Notes: generated from the letters alone by a model not told the origin. Positions 51,887 through 62,839 are shown, numbered from the stretch's first letter. The stretch: DNA of 64,000 nt from Octopus sinensis (GCF_006345805.1 NC_043021.1:28768001-28832000); one strand, 5' to 3'. A program made the numbers and translations.

Positions 51887-52425
51887 CGCCTCGCCTTCTT
51901 TGGCCGCTTCGATTTTGTTCCCTTCGGTTTGGACGTCTCCAGGGAAGAAATCAAGGGTGACTCTGTGTCAACAGGAGACCGTTTATGGTGGTCAGGTTTC
52001 ATAGCTAAATCCGCCCCACTGGAGTTTTGACGACGTTTCTTCTGTTGGGGAGAACAACGGTCTTCAGGTGGGTTTAAGTCTACGCTGCTCAAATTAGGTT
52101 GGGGAACCTCCGGGACCGAAAGGGCAGATGAGGAAGAATCCGCACGGGAACGATCATGTGCAGAAACGACCGCCGGTTCCTTCGCCTTCTTTGGCCGCTT
52201 CGATTTTGTTCCCTTCGGTTTGGACGTCTCCAGGGAAGAAATCAAGGGTGACTCTGCGTCAACAGGAGACTGTTTATTCAGTAAGAGAGCAACAACAGAC
52301 TTTAGGTGCTCAACCTCTTGTTTGAGCAACAGCAACTGCTCGTTGAGCTGACTATTGGTAGGACCATCATCTTGATGAGAAGCCCTACTTGCAGATCTCA
52401 GTTTCGATGCGTAGGTAGCTGACAT
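51694..52425 (-). pseudogene. Possible LINE ORF1 C-terminal fragment, copy 2, reading into the minisatellite
   Basis: Same peptide as 47960-48472. The C-terminal LPAPEL/LNYLP repeats are translated minisatellite. Confidence 0.3.
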
Positions 52426-53704
52426 GATGGATGGTTGACTAAAAACAATCTTCTATGGGCTCTAGGATAAATCGGGGTTAAATCAGGAACAAAAAACAGG
52501 TGCAATCCTTGTAGGAGTAGGCAACAGCAGACAAAATCTGAGAGAGTTTGGGCTGAGCCGAATCACAATCCAAGATTGAAAGCAGACGGTGCAACGAGTC
52601 GGGAACCCTTCCTAATTGTCTGAAGCAGCTTTAGGATAAGGGATAGTATGTCCAAACTTTAGAATATTGATATGCATGTAACATGTTCCACACGATTAAA
52701 TATCATTTGACGTGCCATTTAGTACTTCAATAATTGCATCTGCGCATGTTTGTATATGTGTGAATACTGTGTTTATGTGCGAGAAGGCACATGTTTTTGT
52801 CTACTGTTAAATTAGATTATTAATTTTTCTTTTTTTTCTCCCGTTTTTCCCTTTTAAAGTATTTCTTTTTAAAGTAAATTATACGTTGGAGGGAGGGCTG
52901 GGGGTTTGTTTTTATAGTAAATTCTCTTTTCTCCCAGCACAGAGAAAGAAAGGGATTTTTCGTTGGTGCCACCGGTATAATTCAGACACGGAGAAAGACA
53001 TTTCGGTATCATCGTCAACTTGAATGTTTCTAATTGTAGCGATAGTATTAACTGCAGTAAATTCTGATAGCAGCAGTAGTAATAGCTCATAAAGTGAGAT
53101 GAAGAACGGTCGGTCAAATAGAGTTCAAATTGACTGCAACAGTGTTGATGGAACTTGTGAAACAGTGACCTTGACTTTGAGAAAAATCAAAGGAGGGGCC
53201 GACTATAAACAGTACTTGTGAATAGAGTCATGTACGAGCAGAGCGAAACTATAAATAGTATTTTTTCTTTTCTTTTTCTTTTTTTTCTTCTTATTCTCCA
53301 CGTGTTTAATAATGCGATTGCAATAAAAGGTATGTCAAGAAGAAGATAAAGTTTAGCTGGTGTTTACGTCCATACTTTTAGCGTGCATTTAATTGTGTTG
53401 TTACAATAAAGGCATTTTACATAATCTGATACTCAAGGAAGAGGTGACGGCAAAATGTTCACACAAAAAATGGAGATATTTATGATTCTAAAATTTTTGT
53501 CCCAAACTGTAGGTTTGGAATTCTTTAACTTATTTTGAGGGAAATTCAAATTACTCACAGAAAGTAGTAGATCTTCCAGTAATTACAGTTGTTTATCAGT
53601 AATCCTGCTGGGTTGTATTTGTTATTCTGTGTCTTGTGTGTCTTTGGCCGCTGACAGGTCAGGAGCGGCGAAAACACGTCAGCCACTGTGGATTCCTTTA
53701 CTAC
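51887..53704. repeat. Duplicated module, copy 2
   Basis: See copy 1. Carries a 30-bp segment (10 aa in the ORF) that copy 1 lacks, and ends at (TA)n like copy 1. Confidence 0.9.
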
Positions 53705-53912
<208 letters not shown>

Positions 53913-53971
53913 TATTAGTGAATTGAAGAAATGGAGTTGAACGAAGATTGAACAGAAATCGTTTTATTGCA

Positions 53972-54051
53972 TTCTACACGTGTTTCGAAAGGCACAATTT
54001 ACCAAATTCCGATTGAATAATGAGACCATATTGTGTCTTTCTCTTCAGGAA
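53972..54051 (-). ncRNA. Type I hammerhead ribozyme motif (minimal stem III, long stem II), Penelope-type
   Basis: Minus strand: TTC-CTGAAGA-GAAAG.A.CACAAT[31 nt]ATTGTG.C.CTTTC-GAAA-C-ACGT-G-TA-GAA. Complete catalytic core, G10.1-C11.1 pair, palindromic ACGT loop, GUA cleavage triplet. Stem I is only 3 bp plus a possible distal TATT/AATA pairing. Confidence 0.65.
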
Positions 54052-54057
54052 GAAATA

Positions 54058-57000
54058 GGAAATCCGTTGGAAAAAACAAAAACAGAACAGAGGCGGAGCA
54101 AAACAAATCGAACGAGGCTCCTAAGAGTCCATGGCACATATGTATACATATATAAACCACAGCAAACAGACCCAGGATGGACACCACCGGCAACAACGTA
54201 CACCTCACCTCGATGCTCCTACTGAACATCAGAGGACTGCAAACACTCAGTAACAGGACAAAAATCCCGTTCCTGAGAGATTTTGTTGCATGCAATCAAG
54301 CCTTATGCATAGCACTAACGGAAACGCACCTGAAACCGGATATAGCAGATGCGGAGTTACACATACCACAGTATGCTGTACTACGGACCGACAGGAAAGA
54401 AAGGAAAGAAAGGAGTCATGGAGGTGTTGCTATGTACATCCGTGAGGACCTCACACCCCAGGTCCTCTTGTCATACTCAAACTCGGTGTGTGACACACTA
54501 ATTGTACATATTAGGCAACTTGATGTAGTTGTGTGTGCTACATATCGCCCTCCAGATGCCCCAAGCCATGTGGGCAAGTTTGAAGACTGCCTTATAAAAA
54601 TAGAAGAAGTTCTAACCACATTAGAACAACACATAAGTGTACTTCTTATGGGAGACTTCAATCTGCCAAATGTCAGATGGCCCGAGGGCCTTTCTCTCCC
54701 AGGAATGACAAGATGTGAACGAGGACAGGCGAGGTCCCTCCTGAACCTCATCAACACCCTGTACATGGAGCAGGTAATACTCCAACCAACCAGGGCAGGT
54801 AACACACTGGATCTCTGCTTCACAAATGACATGGATCTCATCCATAATGTGAAAGTGACACCGACACTACTCTCGGATCACAACATGATAGAGCTGACCA
54901 TGTACGGGCCAAAAGAGAGCACGGACATGCAGCCTACAAGAAACCCCCAGAATCTTTCCAGCTTGAACTACCATAAGGCAAACTGGAAACAAATTGAGAA
55001 AGAGATCCTCAAACAAAACTGGCCTAAATGTCTCTCCTCGCCAGACATCGACGTGAAACTTCAACAATTCATGTCTGTAATGCAAGCCATATGCTACAAA
55101 TGTGTCTCAGAGAGAAAGGCCACTGTACACAAGAACAAAATCCCCAGAGAGAGGAAAATTCTAATGAGACGGCGTACAAAATTTTCAAATCGCCTAAACA
55201 AACAGATTGAAAGCAGTGAAAAGTCCCGCCTAAAAATAAAACTGTTGGAAATCGAAAAATGTCTGCAACTCTCCCATGAAAAGGAAAGAGCAGACAAAGA
55301 AGCCTGGGCTATAGACAACATAAAATCTAACCCCAGAACTTTCTACAGGTATGCCAAAGAAACAGCTACGGTGCACTGTAGAATAGGGCCACTCCTCGAA
55401 AAGGATGGCACACTTACAGGAAAACCAATGAGGGTAAGTGAAATACTGAATGAGCAATTCAAGAGTGTTTTCACTCCACCCCTTGGGCATCTCCGAATCA
55501 CCAATCCAACTGACTTTTTTACCACTGCAGATATAAAATCAGAGGCGGCGACGATAGATTACATCGATATAAAGGAAGACGATGTAATCAAGGCTATAGA
55601 TGAAATGAAAACAGACTCAGCTACTGGCCCCGATGGATTCCCGGCAATCCTCCTAAAAGCATGTAAGAGAGTTCTAGCAAGACCACTGCAGTTCCTCTTT
55701 CAGAGCTTCCTTGCAGCTGGCAAACTTCAAAGAAAACTGAAGGAAGGTAAAATATGCCCCATTCATAAAGGAGGTAGCAGAGCGGAAGCCAAGAACTATA
55801 GACCTATCTCTCTGACCTCACACATCAGCAAGGTCATGGAACGAATAGTCAGAAGGAAGCTGATCACCTTCCTTGAAGAAAATGACTTGCTGCCCGACAC
55901 CCAACATGGTTTCCGACCAGGGAGAAGCTGTTTAACTCAGCTCCTACAACACTATGACTGGGTGCTGAAACGGCTGCTCAACCACTCAAATGTGGAAGTC
56001 ATATATCTCGACTTTGCAAAGGCCTTTGATAAAGTCGATCATGGAATGATATGTCACAAACTGCGTGATCTCAACATAGTTGGAAAACTGGGAGAATGGC
56101 TTCATGACTTTCTGAAAGATAGAAGTCAGGTGGTAGTGGCCAATGGGGACACTTCCATTAACACGCAAATAGTGAGCGGTGTTCCGCAGGGCACTGTTCT
56201 GGGACCACTACTGTTCATAATGGCCCTCTCAGACATGCCCTTAGCCACGCAGAGAGCCACGATCACAAGTTATGCAGATGATTCAAAAGTTTCACAGGCA
56301 ATACAGAACCCTGAGGACACTAAACACCTGCAATGTGAGCTAGACAAAATATACAATTGGGCCGAAAAGAATAGCATGCAGTTCAATGCTGAAAAGTTTC
56401 AAGCTCTATACTATCAGCATGCAAAACTAAATGCAATACCCAATGAATACACTGGACCCGGAGGAATAGCAATCCCAGAGGCACAATCAGTGCGTGACCT
56501 AGGTATTTACATGAGTGATGACGCGACCTTTCGTGTACATGTTGCTAAATTGGCAATGAAATGTAGACGACTGGCCGGATGGATCCTCAGAACCTTTAGA
56601 ACAAGGGAACAAGAAACCATGATGGTCCTCTGGAGGACACTTGTCCTAAGCCACTTTGACTACTGCTCTCAGTTATGGTCACCATCCAGTGTCAAGTTGA
56701 TCACAGAGCTCGAGGCGATCCAACGTAGCTACACGAAGAAGATAGCCTCTATGCAGAATGTAAGCTACTGGGAAAGACTCAAGAGATTAAAATTATATTC
56801 CCTGGAGCGTAGGCGGGAAAGATATGCCATAATATACATCTGGAATATCTTGGAGGGAAGTGTCCTGAACTTTGGCATCGAGAGTTACGCAAATGCCAGA
56901 ACTGGGCGCCACTGCGAGGTGCCAAGGACTCCAAATTTGCCATCAAGATGTAGGACAAGATTCTGTGATAGCCTGGGCTTCCGAGGCCCACAGCTCTTCA

Positions 57001-57267
57001 ATATCCTCCCGAAGAACCTAAGAGACCTGCATAGGGTGGATACAGATGTCTTTAAAATGAAGCTGGATCTCTTCCTGTCAGGTGTCCCAGATGAACCAAC
57101 TTCACGGCAGGAGGGGCAGATGAGGGCAGCTGCATCGAACTCTCTCATGCACAAAATAGCAGTTGCTAGAAAGCCTTCATGAAGTGAAACCAAGTAGCAA
57201 CACCAAATGGCGGTGCCCCAGCATGGCCACAGCTCATAAGCTGAAACTAGAATCAATCAATCAATCA
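54058..57267 (+). mobile_element. CR1/L2-group non-LTR retrotransposon: 5'-truncated within ORF1, intact ORF2, short 3' UTR, (ATCA)n tail
   Basis: APE-RT ORF, a short upstream frame ending at 54225 that overlaps ORF2, 3' UTR stem-loop at 57230-57243, (ATCA)4 at 57252-57267 then (TA)n. The 5' boundary is approximate. Confidence 0.85.
54177..57182 (+). CDS. LINE ORF2 polyprotein: apurinic-like endonuclease plus reverse transcriptase (1001 aa)
   Basis: APE motifs LNIRGL, LTETHL, GGVAMYI, YRPP, GDFNLP, TLDLCF, SDH. RT motifs GPDGFP, YRPISL, QHGFRPGRSC, LDFAKAFDKV, GVPQGTVLGP, YADDS, RDLG. C-terminal SLERRRERY..W and GPQLFNILP..FK..LD. No stops or frameshifts. Confidence 0.95.
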   Translation: MDTTGNNVHLTSMLLLNIRGLQTLSNRTKIPFLRDFVACNQALCIALTETHLKPDIADAELHIPQYAVLRTDRKERKERSHGGVAMYIREDLTPQVLLSYSNSVCDTLIVHIRQLDVVVCATYRPPDAPSHVGKFEDCLIKIEEVLTTLEQHISVLLMGDFNLPNVRWPEGLSLPGMTRCERGQARSLLNLINTLYMEQVILQPTRAGNTLDLCFTNDMDLIHNVKVTPTLLSDHNMIELTMYGPKESTDMQPTRNPQNLSSLNYHKANWKQIEKEILKQNWPKCLSSPDIDVKLQQFMSVMQAICYKCVSERKATVHKNKIPRERKILMRRRTKFSNRLNKQIESSEKSRLKIKLLEIEKCLQLSHEKERADKEAWAIDNIKSNPRTFYRYAKETATVHCRIGPLLEKDGTLTGKPMRVSEILNEQFKSVFTPPLGHLRITNPTDFFTTADIKSEAATIDYIDIKEDDVIKAIDEMKTDSATGPDGFPAILLKACKRVLARPLQFLFQSFLAAGKLQRKLKEGKICPIHKGGSRAEAKNYRPISLTSHISKVMERIVRRKLITFLEENDLLPDTQHGFRPGRSCLTQLLQHYDWVLKRLLNHSNVEVIYLDFAKAFDKVDHGMICHKLRDLNIVGKLGEWLHDFLKDRSQVVVANGDTSINTQIVSGVPQGTVLGPLLFIMALSDMPLATQRATITSYADDSKVSQAIQNPEDTKHLQCELDKIYNWAEKNSMQFNAEKFQALYYQHAKLNAIPNEYTGPGGIAIPEAQSVRDLGIYMSDDATFRVHVAKLAMKCRRLAGWILRTFRTREQETMMVLWRTLVLSHFDYCSQLWSPSSVKLITELEAIQRSYTKKIASMQNVSYWERLKRLKLYSLERRRERYAIIYIWNILEGSVLNFGIESYANARTGRHCEVPRTPNLPSRCRTRFCDSLGFRGPQLFNILPKNLRDLHRVDTDVFKMKLDLFLSGVPDEPTSRQEGQMRAAASNSLMHKIAVARKPS

Positions 57268-57288
57268 TATATATATATATATATATAT

Positions 57289-57372
57289 GTTTCCTGAGCG
57301 CCATACTAATACAATTGTTCGTTTGTCTTCCACCTGCCTTCGTCTTTTGTTTATTTTCATAAAGCTTCCCGT
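57289..57372. mobile_element. 84-bp repeat fragment isolated between two (TA)n tracts, possibly a Penelope-like terminus
   Basis: Complex sequence bounded by TA repeats on both sides. The family call rests on recollection only. Confidence 0.25.
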
Positions 57373-57377
57373 TATAT

Positions 57378-57433
<56 letters not shown>

Positions 57434-57442
57434 ATGTATATA

Positions 57443-57492
<50 letters not shown>

Positions 57493-57581
57493 TATATATA
57501 TATATATATGTATATATATATGTATATATATATATGTATTATATATATATATGTATATATATGTATATATATATATGTATA

Positions 57582-57630
<49 letters not shown>
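57373..57630. repeat. (TA)n microsatellite
   Basis: Direct reading. Confidence 0.95.
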
Positions 57631-57631
<1 letters not shown>

Positions 57632-58062
57632 GGTAAACAGTAAAAATAATTACAGACATGGACAAGAACATGAAACACCACAGAGACGACACAAGAACCA
57701 CAGGACGGGACATTCGAAGCCCTCAGTCATCAGTCAAGAACCAGATCATCTTAGCAATTTCGGCTGATTAATCTTGAGATTGCTCCGATATGGCCAGCCC
57801 GCCAAGGGAAATCTAAGCCAAGCGCATTAGATCCCCTGGAAGAAAGCTACGAATGTATACAACGCGAGGACGGAAAACGAACGAAGTACACGAACAAAAA
57901 TACAGAATACGTGACACCAATAAGAATACAAAAACGTAAAAACAATAACGGTAAAAATAAAAAATAAACAACAAAACAAAACCAGGACGTAGGACAAGGG
58001 TCTTTCGACAGGACGAGTTGAGTATGAGGCTGGCTTGTGAAGTTGTGCCTAATGGCCGCGGG
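57631..58062. repeat. ~432-bp direct repeat, copy 1
   Basis: AGGTAAACAG...GGCCGCGGG, matching 58403-58835 with about three differences by eye. Confidence 0.9.
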
Positions 58063-58402
58063 GAGACGAACAAATACGTGTTGCTTCTGCGACTGCTGAA
58101 ACGAAAAGAGCGCTCAACAGCGGCTAGCGGTCACGTGAGAACAAAAGACAGGAGAAAGGGACAGATGAAAAGAGAGAGAAGGTGGACGAGGGAGGAGAAG
58201 AAAGAGACAGATCGAGGGGGCTGGAGGTGAGAGAGATAGAGAAACGTAGAAGGGGGGGAGACGGATGGAGAGGGAAAGAAAGGAAGGGGAATAAGGGAGG
58301 AGAGAGAGAGAGAAAGAGACAGATTAAGAGTCGTATCAATGCTAGAGAAAAAATATACTTATCGTATAAGGACAATTGTGGATACGTAGCCGCCGATTAT
58401 AT

Positions 58403-58835
58403 AGGTAAACAGTAAAAATAATTACAGACATGGACAAGAACATGAAACACCACAGAGACGACACAAGAACCACAGGACGGGACATTCGAAGCCCTCAGTC
58501 ATCAGTCAAGAACCAGATCATCTTAGCAATTTCGGCTGATTAATCTTGAGATTGCTCCGATATGGCCAGCCCGCCAAGGGAAATCTAAGCCAAGCGCATT
58601 AGATCCCCTGGAAGAAAGCTTCGAATGTATACAACGCGAGGACGGAAAACGAACGAAGTACACGAACAAAAATACAGAATACGTGACACCAATAAGAATA
58701 CAAAAACGTAAAAACAATAACGGTAAAAATAAAAAAATAAACAACAAAACAAAACCAGGACGTAGGACAAGGGTCTTTCGACAGGACGAGTTGAGTATGG
58801 GGCTGGCTTGTGAAGTTGTGCCTAATGGCCGCGGG
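58403..58835. repeat. ~433-bp direct repeat, copy 2
   Basis: See copy 1. A 340-bp purine-rich spacer lies at 58063-58402. Confidence 0.9.
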
Positions 58836-58938
58836 GAATGTATATTTGAAAGACTTCACCAGGTGGTGCTATTAAGTTAGACATGGCCTGGGCCAATAAT
58901 GGCCGAAACCTATCAAAGTATCAAAGTAAGTATATATG

Positions 58939-58976
<38 letters not shown>

Positions 58977-58978
<2 letters not shown>

Positions 58979-59309
58979 TATTATATAGAAGGAGCTTCTA
59001 CAGGACTAGAACTGTTTCATTCAAGAGAAATCATCAGGAAGCTAGTTAACAAGAATTGTTTTGGCATTTATACATTTAGGCAGGTTTAAAGGGGTGGTGG
59101 TGGGGGACTTTTTGGGGGTAGGCATAGCGCAAAAATATCATACTTAGGGGAGTGGTCAAGGAGTCAGTGGTAAAGTAGATAAAAGAATAAATAAAAGAAT
59201 AAAAAAAATAAATAGAAGAATAGAGTTTTAGGTAAATAAGGAGACTCTCACTTATACATATACACATATGTATATATATACACACACACACACACATATA
59301 CGTACACAC

Positions 59310-59356
<47 letters not shown>

Positions 59357-59592
59357 CATATACACACACGCCCACACATGCATATACATACAAATATATA
59401 CATACACACACATACACATACACACATACACACACATATATACATACACACATGCACACACATGTCCATATATACACATATATATATATATATATACATA
59501 TGTGTACCTATACATACCTACACATACACACATATACATACACATACAAACCCATTCCCTTATTTTAATTTTATTATTATTTTCATTTATTA
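58977..59592 (-). repeat. Left arm of a ~610-bp inverted repeat
   Basis: Reverse complement of 61317-61923: near-identical unique segment plus colinear microsatellite segment. Confidence 0.9.
58993..59043 (-). ncRNA. Type I hammerhead ribozyme motif (left arm)
   Basis: Exact reverse complement of 61857-61907. Confidence 0.75.
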
Positions 59593-59654
59593 GAGTTATG
59601 TAGAGTTATGTGTATGTGCATGTATGTGTGTGTATATACAGATGTGTAGATGGG

Positions 59655-59687
<33 letters not shown>

Positions 59688-59754
59688 GTAGGTATGTAGA
59701 GTTATACGTATGTGCATGCATGTGTGTATATATGCATATGTGTAGATAGGTGTA

Positions 59755-59809
<55 letters not shown>

Positions 59810-60129
59810 GTGTAGATATATATATATATATATATATATGTGTGTATGTTTATATGAATGTTTCCGTCTGTATAAGGGGTAACTGCATGTATATATACTT
59901 ATTATTTATTATTTATTACTTATTACTTATTATTTATTACTTGAGTATGCGTTTGTATGCATGTATGTATTTATGTATATAAGGTGGCGCGTGAGTGTGT
60001 GTATGTGTATGCACTTGTATAGAAATATGTATACATTTATGCATGTATGTACTTATGTGTATATACGTGTATATATATGTGTGTATGTGTGTGTGTGTAT
60101 GAGTATGTATGTATGTATACACACATATG

Positions 60130-60162
<33 letters not shown>

Positions 60163-60369
60163 GTGTGTGTGTATGTATATATATGTGTGTGTGTGTATGT
60201 GTGTATATGTATGTATATATATATATGTGTGTATATATATATATATATATGTGAATGTGTGTGTATATGTATATATATATATATATATGTGTGTAAGTGC
60301 GTGTATATATATATGTGTAAGTGTGTATATGTTTGCTTGTATGTATATGTATATGTGTGTATGTGTGTG

Positions 60370-60436
<67 letters not shown>

Positions 60437-60796
60437 GTATATGTATGTGTATGTATATATGTATATGTACATATACGTGTACGCTCGTGTGTTTATGTAT
60501 ATGTAGGTATGTAGAGTTATGTATGTATGTATGTATATATACATATGTGTAAATAGGTATATATGTGTAAGTTTATATGTATGTATCCGTCTGTATAATA
60601 GGTAACTGCACGTATATATATATAATATTTATTATTTATTTTTTGAGTATGCATGTAAGTATGTGTGTGTGTATGTGTAAGCATATGTATAAATATATGT
60701 ATACTTTTACGCATGTGTGTACTTATGTGTATATATGGATGCGTGTGTGTGTGTATGTGTACGCATGTATATGTGTATATGTGTGTATGTATATAT

Positions 60797-60836
<40 letters not shown>

Positions 60837-61316
60837 TATGTATATGTATGTGTGTATATATATGCATATGTATATGTGTGGGTGTGTGTATGTGTATATA
60901 TGTATGTATGTATAGGTGTATGTATATGTATGTATATATACGTATATATATGTGTATGTGTATGTATGTGTATGTAGGTGTATATGTATATGTGTATATA
61001 TATATTGGTGTTGTATTAGTATGGACTAGTCTTCTGTGGGTGTATTGAGGTATGTATGTGTGAGCGTGTAGACATGAATCTGTAGGTACGCGTACGTATG
61101 TGTATATATGTGAATGTATGTAGATGTATGTATGTATGAATATAACGCGTGCGTGCGTGTATGTGTATGAGTGTACGAATGAGTGTGTGTGCGTGCGAAT
61201 GAGTGTGCGTGCGTGAGTGAGTGCTTGTGTTCGAGTAGAAAGATAAATGGACTTGCTGTCGTCCCCAGGGGGACGATAGCCAAGATGCTTGTGACCGCGG
61301 TCAAAGATAACAAAAG
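59593..61316. repeat. Spacer of the fold-back element: (TA/TG)n-rich DNA with an internal degenerate direct duplication
   Basis: GTAGAGTTAT, CCGTCTGTATAA..GGTAACTGCA and GAGTATGC anchors recur at ~59.7-60.0 kb and ~60.5-60.7 kb. Confidence 0.7.
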
Positions 61317-61545
61317 TAATAAATGAAAATAATAATAAAATTAAAATAAGGGAATGGGTTTGTATGTGTATGTATATGTGTGTATGTGTAGGTATGTATA
61401 GGTACACATATGTGTATATATATATATGTGTGTATATATGGACATGGTGTGCATGTGTGTATGTATATATGTGTGTGTATGTGTGTATGGTATGTGTGTG
61501 TATGTATTATTTTATGTATATGCATGTGTGAGCGTGTGTGTATAT

Positions 61546-61599
<54 letters not shown>

Positions 61600-61923
61600 T
61601 GTGTACGTATAGGTGTGTGTGTGTGTGATATATACATATGGTATATGTAAAGTGAGAGTCTCCTTTTACCTAAAACTCTATTTTCTATTTATTCTTTTTA
61701 TTCTTTTATTTATTCTTTTATCTACTTTACCACTGACTCCTTGACCACTCCCCTAAGTATGATATTTTTGCGCTATGCCTACCCCCAAAAAGTCCCCCGC
61801 CACCACCCCTTTAAACCTGCCTAAATGTATAAATGCCAAAACAATTCTTGTTAACTAGCTTCCTGATGATTTCTCTTGAATGAAACAGTTCTAGTCCTGT
61901 AGAAGCTCCTTCTATATAATAAA
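61317..61923 (+). repeat. Right arm of the inverted repeat
   Basis: See left arm. Confidence 0.9.
61857..61907 (+). ncRNA. Type I hammerhead ribozyme motif (right arm)
   Basis: AGCTTC-CTGATGA-T.TTC.TCTT.GAA.T-GAAA-CAG-TTCTAGTC-CTG-TA-GAAGCT. 6-bp stem I, full core (61863-61869 and 61882-61885), stem III with CTAG in the loop, GUA triplet, predicted cleavage after 61901. U-U instead of G-C at the base of stem II. Confidence 0.75.
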
Positions 61924-61990
61924 TTAATTTTACTCTGCTATGTATTGAGTACCTTATTTACTGTGGTTAACCCCGAATCAACCCGGGACC

Positions 61991-61992
<2 letters not shown>

Positions 61993-62062
<70 letters not shown>

Positions 62063-62195
62063 TATGTATTATATATATATATATATGTATATACATATAT
62101 ATATGTATATATATATATATATATATAATGTATATATATATATATATGTATACATATATATATATGTAATATATATATATGTATATATGGTATAC

Positions 62196-62257
<62 letters not shown>

Positions 62258-62429
62258 GTATATATATATACATAATATATATTATGTATGTATATATATG
62301 TATTAATATATATATATGTATATAAATATATATGTATACATATATATATATAGTATGTATATATAATATATGTATACATATATATATGTATACATATATA
62401 TATATGTATACATATAAATATATGTATAC

Positions 62430-62473
<44 letters not shown>

Positions 62474-62567
62474 GTATACATATATATGTATATATATATA
62501 TATGTGTATATATATATAATAGTATACATATATAATATATGTATACATATATATATATGTATATATG

Positions 62568-62613
<46 letters not shown>

Positions 62614-62764
62614 CATATATATATATATGTATACATATATATATATATGTATTAGATATATATTATGTATACATATATATATATGTATATGTATACAGAT
62701 ATATAAAATATGTATAATATATATATATATATGTATACATATATATATATATGTATATGTATAC

Positions 62765-62799
<35 letters not shown>

Positions 62800-62839
62800 T
62801 GTATACATATATATATATGTATACATATATATATATGTG

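Noticed and set aside
57700-57800. Hammerhead in the direct repeat (minus-strand CTGATGA..CGAATGTC)
   Set aside because: No pairing stem II after CTGATGA and GAAA is incomplete. The separate CAGCC-GAAA lacks an upstream core.
58886-58912. Hammerhead remnant CCTG-GGCCA-ATAA-TGGCC-GAAAC
   Set aside because: Core lacks the ANGA bases and there is no stem III or cleavage triplet.
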